From Candidatus Fermentibacteraceae bacterium (GTDB lineage: Bacteria; Fermentibacterota; Fermentibacteria; Fermentibacterales; JCC-6): 64,000 nucleotides of DNA. Below, in pieces: positions 1 to 8,043 of the stretch. The stretch lies in assembly GCA_041686025.1 (NCBI GenBank), contig JAWLEP010000006.1, positions 1,077-65,076 on the forward strand, written 5' to 3'. Made by a program: the position numbers and the translations under genes. Position 1 is the first letter of the stretch. Every line of letters starts with the position of its first letter. The notes below the pieces were generated by a model that did not search any database, had not been told where the DNA came from, and saw only the letters and a program-made list of their open reading frames with translations.

Positions 1-713
1 GTTTCATCGAAGCGGGCGATTTCAATCAGGATGGCATGCCAGATTTTGCGGCGACTGGCTCGGATGCCCTGTCCACCTACGACGAGGTATTCGTCTGGGA
101 CTGCGGGGAGTATGTGGTTGCCGATACCATTGGCAATACGCGCTATTGGTTGGAGAGCAGCGACTTCGACCAAGACGGCAATCTGGACATGGCCCTTGGT
201 TCGCCATGTGTCCCGGGATGTGCAATCCCCGGGAATGGTGACGGGACATTCGCCTGCAGCAGCGATAGCCTTCTGCTTGAGACAACGTATGACGAAACCT
301 ACCCGGTAATCTCAGGAGACTTCGATCTCGATGGCGACCAGGACTTGGTCTTCTGCGAGGCCAACAGTAGCCACAAATTCATCACCTGTTACCGCAACAC
401 CACAATATCGACGGGCTGTGAAGACCATGCTTCCGACGTTGGTTTGGATCAGGCGCGTCTCTCGGTGAGCTCCAATCCATGTCGCGGAGTAGTCACAGTA
501 CGGATAGAGAATGTCTCCGGGCCTTCAGTTCCGGGGCTGTTGGTCTACGATCTGGATGGACACCTGATCCGGTCGTTCTCGGGACACGGTGCGAGTCAGG
601 GGCACGCGGAGTACTCGTTCAACAGCTCCGACCTTCCCGCAGGTGTTTATCTGTTGAGAGCTGGCTTGTCTGATCATACGCTGACCGAGAAGCTCGTAAT
701 TATGAATCAGTAG
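1..713 (+). CDS. FG-GAP/VCBS-repeat secreted protein (5' end outside window) with T9SS-type C-terminal sorting domain
   Basis: Frame 3 is open from the window edge (FIEAGDFNQDGMPDF...). It has repeated GDFxxDGxxD FG-GAP-type loops. The last ~80 aa (VSSNPCRGVVTVRIEN...LPAGVYLLRAG...KLVIMNQ) fit the Por/FlgD-Ig-like sorting tail. TAG stop at 711-713. Confidence 0.75.
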   Translation, partial: FIEAGDFNQDGMPDFAATGSDALSTYDEVFVWDCGEYVVADTIGNTRYWLESSDFDQDGNLDMALGSPCVPGCAIPGNGDGTFACSSDSLLLETTYDETYPVISGDFDLDGDQDLVFCEANSSHKFITCYRNTTISTGCEDHASDVGLDQARLSVSSNPCRGVVTVRIENVSGPSVPGLLVYDLDGHLIRSFSGHGASQGHAEYSFNSSDLPAGVYLLRAGLSDHTLTEKLVIMNQ

Positions 714-779
714 CTCCTCTCAGCCTGCACAGCCCGCCCACCGTGAGTGTCCGCCGCTTCCCAGCAGTCACCAGGTTCT

Positions 780-908
780 ATGATCCGGACATTCCTCTGT
801 GCCGGTTTCATGAAAGCACTGATCGTGCCCACAACGGAGTTCTACCCCGCCGAGGAGTACCACCAGGACTACTACCGCAAGCACGGAATGGTGGGCTGCG
901 GCATCTGA
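780..908 (+). pseudogene. msrA: 3'-terminal relic of peptide-methionine (S)-S-oxide reductase
   Basis: A 42-codon ORF (below the ORF-track cutoff) ends ...IVPTTEFYPAEEYHQDYYRKHGMVGCGI*. This matches the conserved MsrA C-terminus (F-x-AE-x-YHQ-x-Y...GYCG). The catalytic N-terminal ~130 aa are absent, because the frame is closed by TGA at 744-746. Confidence 0.55.
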
Positions 909-926
909 GCCCCCTGTGGGCAGTCA

Positions 927-962
927 GGGCGGGCGGGCTTGCTCCCGCCCGCCGTTTTGTTA
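927..962 (+). terminator. Rho-independent terminator
   Basis: GGGCGGGCGGG-CTTGCT-CCCGCCCGCC stem-loop followed by GTTTTGTT. Confidence 0.7.
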
Positions 963-1079
963 AGATTCAATATTGAAGACGGAGTTACTTTCGGCTGAAG
1001 CCAGAAGCCGTTTCGCAGCGACGACCCGCCCGCCTCGTACACGCGACTTCCGGCAGTATACAGGGAGAGGATTCGGGAG

Positions 1080-3626
1080 ATGAGAGCATTCTTTTTCGCA
1101 GCTCTTCTGGGGCTGGCGCCCATGGCCCTCGCCACCCCCGAGGGAGTGGAGATACAGTACATGGACAGCCACGGGAGGCAGCCCTCGCCGGCCTCGGAGT
1201 GGTTCAGCGCCCGGGCCATGGAGGGGCCCTACCACCGGGTGGTGGTCTGCGACGCCCCCGCCCTGGAGGACCACGGCCACGACGCCCCCGGCAAGGTGAT
1301 CCTGGTGGTGGACGACGCCGTCTACGGCGGCATAAGCGGGTCGCTGTCCACCTTTCAGACCGACCTGGAGGGCGAGGGCTACAGCGTGGAGGTCTGGCAG
1401 GTCTCCGGCGGAACCGCCGAGGACATCAGGTCCGACCTGCAGGACGAGTACAACGCCGGGGGGCTGGACGGCGCCATACTCATTGGCGACATACCGGCGG
1501 GCTGGCAGGACAACGGCTACGGAGAGTACCCGGTTGACCTTTTCCTCATGGACATGGACGGCACCTGGACCGACTCCGACGGAGACGGCCTCTACGAGTC
1601 CAACAGCGGCGAGGACCCCGAGATCTGGGTGGGCAGGCTCACCCCAACCTACATCACCGCGGGCTCCTCGGTGGCCCTTCTGAACAACTACTTCGCCAAG
1701 AACCACGCCTACCGGATGGGCACCCTCTCCCTGCCGGACAGGGCCCTGGCCTACGAGGAGGCCTTCACCGGCCTCACCGGCTACCTGGACGACCTCTACG
1801 ACGACGTGACAACGAAGAACGACCCTTCCAGCACCAATGCCGACGATTTCAAAGCCGAGCTGATGAACGGCTACGAGTGGGTGCACCTGATCTCCCACTC
1901 CAGCCCCTGGGGCAGCAGCTTCCATGACGGCGCTCCTCCGGAGGGGGGAGGCACCTTCGACTACTTCGAGGTCAACCCCCTGGACCCCCACGCCCTCTTC
2001 TACGTGCTGAACTGCTGCAGCAACGGCCGCTGGACCGAGGTGGACAACCTGGCCAACGGCTACATCTGGTGCGAGACCTACGGCCTGGCCGCGCTGGCCC
2101 AGACCAAGGTGGACTACACCAACGATTTCCAGGAGTACTACACCTCCCTGGCCGGCGGGTCCAACCTGGGCGACGCCTACAGGGCATGGCTGGCCAACAA
2201 CCTCTACAAGGAGGACGGGGCGGTGCTGTTCGGTGATCCCACCCTCAAGCCCCACGGCCAGTCCATCGGGGCGGCCGGAATCGGGGAGGGGGGCTCCCCG
2301 GCGGGTACCGACCTCTGGCTGTCGGACCCCATAACCGACGGGCTGCATTCCCAGGGCCGGGCCGACACGTACTACGACCCCTCCTCCGGTCAGGTCTTCG
2401 CCACCTGCGGGACCTCCGAGGACCGTCGGGCCAACATCCTGGCCACCCGCAGCGACAGCGACTCCTGGGCCGAGCCGGTGGTGGTCTGCTACCACGAGTA
2501 CTGGGACTGGCACCCCACCGTGGGCGGCGACGGCCAGGGCCAGGTCTGGATAGCCTGGCAGAGCATGCGCAACAACCACGAGACCTACGACATCTTCCTC
2601 TCCAGCTGGAACGGCTCCTCCTGGGAGGCCGCCGACCAGCTCACCAGCGGAGACCCCTTCGAGGTGGAGCCCTCCATGGACGGCGGAGGCGGACACGCCT
2701 GGCTGGTGTGGCAGAAGTGGGAGAACACCGACACCAACATCGAGGGCACCATGTGGACGGGGTCGGAATGGACCACCATCGAAACCATCTCCGGCCAGGA
2801 CGGCGCCGAGAGGCACCCGGACGTGGCCTACGGCGGCGGACGGTACGGCCTGGTCTACCAGGCCATGCGCGACGGTGACTGGGTGGTGGCCTTCCGCGAT
2901 GCCCCGGACTCGGGGCCGTTCGGAAGCGAGGAGATCATCTCCCCGGCCTCAGGTGAGCAGCGCTACCCCAGGATCGACTCCGACGGGGCCTACTTCTGGG
3001 CAACCTGGCAGAACGGCGAGGGCGAGATACTGTGCGCCCGGGAGACCTCCGGGGGCTGGGAGTCCCCGGTGGTAGTCTCCGGTGCGGACGTGGGATGCCG
3101 GCCGGACGTGGAGGCGGTCTCACCGTCGGAGGCCACGGTTTGCTGGAGCCAGGGCTCCTCGGCCATCAGGGCCGCCGAGTACGGCGGCAGCAACTGGACC
3201 GGACCCTACTCCGCTCTCACCGGTGACGCGGTGGACGACGCCAGCCTTGTGGCGGACGGCAGCGGAACCCTGTGGGCCCTGTACGGAAAGAGGGGGGCCG
3301 ACCTGCAGTGGGACCTTTGGGCCGGCACGCCGGACCCCACCGGGGTTGCGGAGGCCGGCACGGCTCCCGCCGGCCGGCTGTCGCTGGGTCTGGTGGGAAG
3401 GAATCCCTTCCACGGCTCCATCGGCATAGAGGTGCAGGCGCCGGGACGGGCCGACCTGGGCATCTACGACGTCACCGGCCGGTTGGTTTCCAGCCACCGG
3501 GTGGACCCCGGAGTCTTCAACTGGAACGCGGCGGCCGCGGGGGGGAGCATTCCCGCCGGCGTTTACTACGCCAGGGTGGAGTGCGGCGACAGGGCCGCCT
3601 CGGTGAGGATGGTAAAGCTGCCCTGA
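1080..3626 (+). CDS. Secreted peptidase C25 (gingipain-like) family protein with W-rich repeat region and T9SS C-terminal domain
   Basis: Signal peptide MRAFFFAALLGLAPMALA. His motif WVHLISHSSPWG and Cys motif FYVLNCCSNGRW lie in a caspase-fold context. The middle carries repeated xWxAWQ/WxxW beta-propeller-like units. The tail GRNPFHGSIGIEV...GIYDVTGRLV...PAGVYYARV...MVKLP is T9SS-type. Confidence 0.75.
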   Translation: MRAFFFAALLGLAPMALATPEGVEIQYMDSHGRQPSPASEWFSARAMEGPYHRVVVCDAPALEDHGHDAPGKVILVVDDAVYGGISGSLSTFQTDLEGEGYSVEVWQVSGGTAEDIRSDLQDEYNAGGLDGAILIGDIPAGWQDNGYGEYPVDLFLMDMDGTWTDSDGDGLYESNSGEDPEIWVGRLTPTYITAGSSVALLNNYFAKNHAYRMGTLSLPDRALAYEEAFTGLTGYLDDLYDDVTTKNDPSSTNADDFKAELMNGYEWVHLISHSSPWGSSFHDGAPPEGGGTFDYFEVNPLDPHALFYVLNCCSNGRWTEVDNLANGYIWCETYGLAALAQTKVDYTNDFQEYYTSLAGGSNLGDAYRAWLANNLYKEDGAVLFGDPTLKPHGQSIGAAGIGEGGSPAGTDLWLSDPITDGLHSQGRADTYYDPSSGQVFATCGTSEDRRANILATRSDSDSWAEPVVVCYHEYWDWHPTVGGDGQGQVWIAWQSMRNNHETYDIFLSSWNGSSWEAADQLTSGDPFEVEPSMDGGGGHAWLVWQKWENTDTNIEGTMWTGSEWTTIETISGQDGAERHPDVAYGGGRYGLVYQAMRDGDWVVAFRDAPDSGPFGSEEIISPASGEQRYPRIDSDGAYFWATWQNGEGEILCARETSGGWESPVVVSGADVGCRPDVEAVSPSEATVCWSQGSSAIRAAEYGGSNWTGPYSALTGDAVDDASLVADGSGTLWALYGKRGADLQWDLWAGTPDPTGVAEAGTAPAGRLSLGLVGRNPFHGSIGIEVQAPGRADLGIYDVTGRLVSSHRVDPGVFNWNAAAAGGSIPAGVYYARVECGDRAASVRMVKLP

Positions 3627-3648
3627 CCGAGGGCGGAGTCTGCATGGC

Positions 3649-3671
3649 GGGCGGCCCGGTCCGGGCCGCCC
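3649..3671. terminator. GC-rich hairpin between convergent genes
   Basis: GGGCGGCCCGG-T-CCGGGCCGCCC palindrome, effectively a 9-bp stem. It lies between the stops at 3626 (+) and 3675 (-). There is no clear U-tract. Confidence 0.4.
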
Positions 3672-3674
3672 GTC

Positions 3675-5090
3675 CTATATCAGCCTGCCCACCTGCTTGA
3701 GGAACTCCTTAAGGGCATCGGTCTGGGCCCCGGGGCGCATGAGCCTCAGGGCCTTCTTCATGGCCCGCCGGCTGTAGTCCGGTTCGGCACGGTCGAAGAA
3801 GGCCACCGCCTGCTCCGCCGAGATTCCCTTGCCCATGTGGAACGGGGTCATGGCCTGCGACAGCAGGGCCATCTCCAGGCTGCTGTCGTCCAGCGACCCC
3901 CGGATGTTCTCCCACATGGCCGCGGTCTGTATTACCCAGGGGTCCTCCGACAGATCGCCCTCCGGGGCCTGTGGCGGCCCGCCGGCATCATCGGGTCCCT
4001 CCTCGGGCTCGGGCCTCTCCGCGGGCTCCCAGTCCTCGAGCATCCGGCCCAGCTTCGCGATCCTGTCGGCCAGCTCCGGCTCCTCGGCGTAGGCGGTGGC
4101 CAGCTGCGCCGCCTGCCGCCTCATCACGTCCCGGGGCAGCCAGCCCACTGCCCTGCGCAGGAAGCGCAGTGCGTCTTCGGCCTCGGGGAGCTTGCGGTTG
4201 GACCAGTACGAGCCCATGGGATGGCTGATGGCGGCGGAGGCCAGGGCGGAGTCATCGCTCATCATGGAGGACACCGCCTGCCAGGTGGCCAGCAGGTTGT
4301 CCAGCCAGGGGTCGTCGTCCACCACAACCGCGGAGTCGCAGTAGGGGCACGTTCCGGCCCGGATGTCTTCGGCGGAGAGCACCGCCCCGCAGTTGTCGCA
4401 TACTATCTCGTCGCCCTGCTCCTCGTCTCCCAGGACCTCGACGTATATTTTCCTGGCCGCGCCTCTGCCCAGCAGACCCTCCATGGGGGCCACCGCGGAC
4501 CGGACCATGCTGCGGGCCATCTTCTCGGTGCCGCCCCAGACCTCGTCGGGGTAGTCGGGGTGGTGGATCAGGGCCCGGTAGCAGCGCTTCGCGCAGTCCA
4601 GCAGCTCTTGGGCGCAGGCCACAGGGTCGTCACTGCTGTGAAGGCCCTGCAGGAGGTCCCTGTACTCGTCGTAGACCTCCGAGACATCCGGGTCGAACTG
4701 CATCAGCTCCTGGGCCTTCGCCGTGGAGCGCACCCATTTCCGGAGCTCTGCGGGATCTCCGCCTCCGCCGGGCACCAGCTCGGGGTCGGTGACGGCCAGC
4801 AGTGCCGTGTACTCCTCGGCTGCCAGGCGGAAGCCCTCCCGGTCCTCCTCCTTTCGGCACTGCTCCATCCTCATCTGCACCTGCGTCTTCCGCGCGTCCG
4901 CCGCCGACGGCTCCACCAGCCTGCTCATCTGCTTCTGGTGCAGCTTTGCGTACCCGTCGCCGCGGAAATAGCTTCCCGACTCCAGGGAGATGAAGGAGCC
5001 GCAGAAGTCGCAGACCACCAGAACCGTATCCTTCAGGGTGTCTTTGGGGGCCCCGCACTGGGGGCACTTGACCTGCCTCTTCAGAGCCAT
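3675..5090 (-). CDS. Hypothetical cytoplasmic protein with two zinc-ribbon modules
   Basis: 471-aa ORF with protein-like composition. It has CPQCG-x16-CDFCG near the N-terminus and CDNCG-x13-CPYCD mid-protein, each followed by long helical acidic regions. I recognise no family. Confidence 0.7.
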   Translation of the reverse strand: MALKRQVKCPQCGAPKDTLKDTVLVVCDFCGSFISLESGSYFRGDGYAKLHQKQMSRLVEPSAADARKTQVQMRMEQCRKEEDREGFRLAAEEYTALLAVTDPELVPGGGGDPAELRKWVRSTAKAQELMQFDPDVSEVYDEYRDLLQGLHSSDDPVACAQELLDCAKRCYRALIHHPDYPDEVWGGTEKMARSMVRSAVAPMEGLLGRGAARKIYVEVLGDEEQGDEIVCDNCGAVLSAEDIRAGTCPYCDSAVVVDDDPWLDNLLATWQAVSSMMSDDSALASAAISHPMGSYWSNRKLPEAEDALRFLRRAVGWLPRDVMRRQAAQLATAYAEEPELADRIAKLGRMLEDWEPAERPEPEEGPDDAGGPPQAPEGDLSEDPWVIQTAAMWENIRGSLDDSSLEMALLSQAMTPFHMGKGISAEQAVAFFDRAEPDYSRRAMKKALRLMRPGAQTDALKEFLKQVGRLI

Positions 5091-5175
5091 GGGATACCCT
5101 TCTTCGAGATGTCAGCAAAGTACCGGCCCGAGCCACTGCACGATATCGCCGCCGGGGAGGCGGGGTCAACGAGGC

Positions 5176-6405
5176 TCAGTCGCCCTCACTGTCCCGTCCC
5201 AGCTCCCCCGCCAGCCGCAGCGCCCTCTTGGCCAGAAGGGGTCCCACCACCTCGAACACCACGCAGGTGGCGGCTATGGTGGTGACCACCATGGATGCTA
5301 TCCTGTCCGCCTGGGGGGTACCTATCCTGGCAAAGTCCTGGGCCAGAATCAGGGAGAGTCCGATGGCCACCCCGGCCTGGGAGAGTATGCCCATGCCCAG
5401 GTACTTGCGTATCCGGGGCTCGGCGCCTCCGATCCGGCCCCCCAGCCAGGCCCCGGTTATCTTCCCCGAGCTGCGGGCCAGTATGTAGACCATGCCCAGA
5501 AGCCCCAGGGCGGGAAGGGCGGCCACGTCCAGGTGGGCGCCGGCCAGGAAGAAGAAGAGGATGAACACCAGGGGCATCAGGTTGCGATTCTGCATGACGA
5601 TCCTGTTCACCGCGGGCCGGGGGGTGGAGTTGGTGAGGACGAAGCCGATACCCATGCAGGCCAGTATCAGAGACAGGTGGAAGTGCACCGCCACTCCGGC
5701 GGTCATGGCGATGAAGGCGAAGGTGAGGGCCGGTATCTCGGTGGAGGTCCGCAGACGCCGCGACAGGACGGTGTACAGAACACCCATCACCCCACCCAGC
5801 CCCACGCTGAGCAGTATCTCCCTGGCGGGAAGCAGCATGCTCTCCCAGAACCCCTGCACCTGGGTGGAGACCAGAGAGCGGGCGAAGGCGGCGGCGAAGC
5901 CGTAGATGAGTATGGCCAGGCCGTCGTCGAATCCCACCACCGCGTACAGTGCCTTGGTGAGCTTGCCCCGTGCCCGGTACTCCTGTATCACCGCCACGGT
6001 CCCCGCCGGTGCGCTGGCGGGGGCCAGGGCGGCGAAGACCATGGCCACGGCGGTGTCTCCACCGGTTACGGCCAGCACGGCGCCGAAGACCACCAGGAAG
6101 GCCATGAACGACTCGAAGAGGATGATCAGTACGATGGAGGAGCCCAGCTGCCGCAGCGACAGGGCGCTGAGCTCGGTGCCGATGGAGAAGGCCACGAAGC
6201 CCAGGGCGATGTTGGTGACGAAGCGGGTGCTGTCCAGGGCATGGAGGGAGACCACCCCGGATACGGAGGCCCCCATCAGAACTCCGGTTACCAGGTAGCC
6301 GATCAGGGAGGGCAGCCCCGCCCTTCGGGCCAGCTTGCCCGCGTACAGGCTCACCGTGACGCCCAGGCCGATGAGGGCCAGCACCGGAAGCTCCGAGATG
6401 CCCAT
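5176..6405 (-). CDS. Cation:proton antiporter, CPA2 family (Kef/NapA-like membrane domain)
   Basis: 409 aa with about 11-12 hydrophobic segments. The opening LPSLIGYLVTGVLMG and the motifs GFDDGLAI and ILSQAGVAIGL are typical of Na+/H+ or K+/H+ exchanger family members. Confidence 0.8.
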   Translation of the reverse strand: MGISELPVLALIGLGVTVSLYAGKLARRAGLPSLIGYLVTGVLMGASVSGVVSLHALDSTRFVTNIALGFVAFSIGTELSALSLRQLGSSIVLIILFESFMAFLVVFGAVLAVTGGDTAVAMVFAALAPASAPAGTVAVIQEYRARGKLTKALYAVVGFDDGLAILIYGFAAAFARSLVSTQVQGFWESMLLPAREILLSVGLGGVMGVLYTVLSRRLRTSTEIPALTFAFIAMTAGVAVHFHLSLILACMGIGFVLTNSTPRPAVNRIVMQNRNLMPLVFILFFFLAGAHLDVAALPALGLLGMVYILARSSGKITGAWLGGRIGGAEPRIRKYLGMGILSQAGVAIGLSLILAQDFARIGTPQADRIASMVVTTIAATCVVFEVVGPLLAKRALRLAGELGRDSEGD

Positions 6406-6444
6406 CTAGCTCAGCATACAGTGCGAGGGGGTATCAACCGGCGC

Positions 6445-7269
6445 CTACGTTTCCAGGGAGCCCGCGACGGTGAGCAGGGGGGAGACGGTGACCATTATCC
6501 CCTCCCGCTGGTCCAGCCTGCCGCATACGTACTCGATGTTGCGGATCACGGCGTTGATCAGCTCGTCGCGCACCGTAGCGATGATTATGCGGTTGAAGGT
6601 TCGCATCCCGCCGTCCCAGAAGCCGGCGAAAAGCGGCGTCTTTGCCAGGTAGTCGGTGGACTCGTGGGCCTCCATCACCATGGCCGAGTAGGTCTCCGTG
6701 GCGGCGAAGACCTGCAGGATTTCGTCGAAGATGTCCTCGTCCTGGACGAAGACGTGTACAAGCCGCATCTCCCCCCGGCTTTCGGTGACCTCCGCGCCAG
6801 GCGCGGCAGAGGGGATCTCGCCGGTGAGCACGGTGAAGACCTCCTGGGCGTCATCGGCGGAACGCAAGGACCCTCTCACCGACGAAGACCTCAGCAGCTG
6901 CGCCAGACAGGACAGAAGGGTCAGGTGAGCCTTTGCCCTGCCCGCCGGCCCCACCACGAAGGGGACGATGTCCACCGGTTCGCCGTCGGCGGCATCGAAG
7001 TCCACGCTCTGCCGCAGGACCAGAACACCCGCGGAGAAGGCCTCCAGACCCTCCACCCGGCAGTGCGGGATGGCCACTCCCCTTCCAAAGCCGGTGGAAC
7101 CGATCTCCTCTCGGTCCCGCAGGCCTGCGTAAACAGAATCCCGGAGTTCTTCGGAGACGCGGCCGCACTCGGCCAGCAGTTCTGCAATGGCGTGGAGGAC
7201 ACCGTCCCGGGACTCGGCCTCCACACCGGTCCTGATGCAGTCAACTCCAAGGGCGTCAATGAGCTTCAT
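6445..7269 (-). CDS. PTS EIIA type-2 (EIIA-Ntr-like) domain protein fused to a PII/ACT-like C-terminal domain
   Basis: I place the start at ATG 7269 (MKLIDALG...). GFGRGVAIPHCR is the EIIA-2 phospho-His motif. The C-terminal ~110 aa (MRLVHVFVQDEDIFDEILQVF...) look like a small alpha/beta regulatory fold. The long upstream ORF extension to 7449 overlaps the HAD gene and looks spurious. Confidence 0.7.
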   Translation of the reverse strand: MKLIDALGVDCIRTGVEAESRDGVLHAIAELLAECGRVSEELRDSVYAGLRDREEIGSTGFGRGVAIPHCRVEGLEAFSAGVLVLRQSVDFDAADGEPVDIVPFVVGPAGRAKAHLTLLSCLAQLLRSSSVRGSLRSADDAQEVFTVLTGEIPSAAPGAEVTESRGEMRLVHVFVQDEDIFDEILQVFAATETYSAMVMEAHESTDYLAKTPLFAGFWDGGMRTFNRIIIATVRDELINAVIRNIEYVCGRLDQREGIMVTVSPLLTVAGSLET

Positions 7270-8014
7270 TGCCGAAGCGCCTCCCTGCCGTTGCCCCCTC
7301 CTCGAGGGGGGCTGCAAGTCCCAGGCTGCGCAGAGCACCGGGTACGCCATGGAAGGAGGAAACCTCCTCGAGCCTGTCCGACTCCGGAATGTCGGCCTGC
7401 TCGGCGATCCAGGTTCCGGGCCTGTGAACGTAAACTGCGTTAACACCAATCTCCAGGGCCGGCCGTATGTCCGACCGGGGGCTGTTGCCGATCACGGCGG
7501 TATTGGCCGGAATGCCTTCCAGCTCTTTCAGCAGTCGGTCCAGGGCTTCGGGCGTCTTCCTCTCCAGCACTCTCACGCCGCGTACGGTCTCCTCGAGGCC
7601 GGAGCGGCGGAACTTGTCCAGCTGGTGCTCCCTCTCGCCCATGGTATAGACGAAGGTGGCGTGGCCGTCCTCCACCAGGGCGGACAGTGTGGGCTCCACT
7701 CCGGGCAGGAGTATCACCGGATGACCCAGCAGCGTCCGGCGGATGGCGTCCAGGCTGCGAGCCGCCCAACCCGGCGGCTCTGGGTGGAGGGCGTCCATGA
7801 CGTGCTGCAGGGTGTCCATGTAGGGGACTGCGCCGTAGCCGGTGTGGTCCAGTCGCTCTATGTCGCGGGCGTGGACGGTGTCCACCACCTCGTCGGGGGC
7901 GTGGCCCAGTGCCTCCATCAGGGAGACGAAGTCCTCCTCGGCGCGCCGGAAGTACAGGGCGCTCTCCCAGATGGTGTCGTCGGCGTCGATCAGCAGCAGC
8001 GGGGTCTTATCCAT
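7256..8014 (-). CDS. HAD-superfamily hydrolase
   Basis: MDKTPLLLIDADDTIW carries the DxDxT motif I; GNSPRSDI is motif-IV-like. I prefer ATG at 8014 over the GTG at 8038 used by the ORF track. Confidence 0.75.
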   Translation of the reverse strand: MDKTPLLLIDADDTIWESALYFRRAEEDFVSLMEALGHAPDEVVDTVHARDIERLDHTGYGAVPYMDTLQHVMDALHPEPPGWAARSLDAIRRTLLGHPVILLPGVEPTLSALVEDGHATFVYTMGEREHQLDKFRRSGLEETVRGVRVLERKTPEALDRLLKELEGIPANTAVIGNSPRSDIRPALEIGVNAVYVHRPGTWIAEQADIPESDRLEEVSSFHGVPGALRSLGLAAPLEEGATAGRRFGNEAH

Positions 8015-8043
8015 AACCGCTGAATATAGTATTCTCACTGTCT

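Noticed and set aside
960-2816. 618-aa ORF antisense to the C25 peptidase gene.
   Set aside because: Its composition is Gly/Ala/Pro/Val/His-rich low-complexity sequence, typical of antisense frames in GC-rich DNA. The opposite strand carries clear motifs. The same reasoning applies to most other long overlapping ORFs in the track, such as 1199-1537 and 2990-3193.
4990-7443. 817-aa plus-strand ORF spanning the antiporter and EIIA genes.
   Set aside because: Gly/His/Gln/Arg-rich nonsense. It is antisense to two well-supported minus-strand genes.
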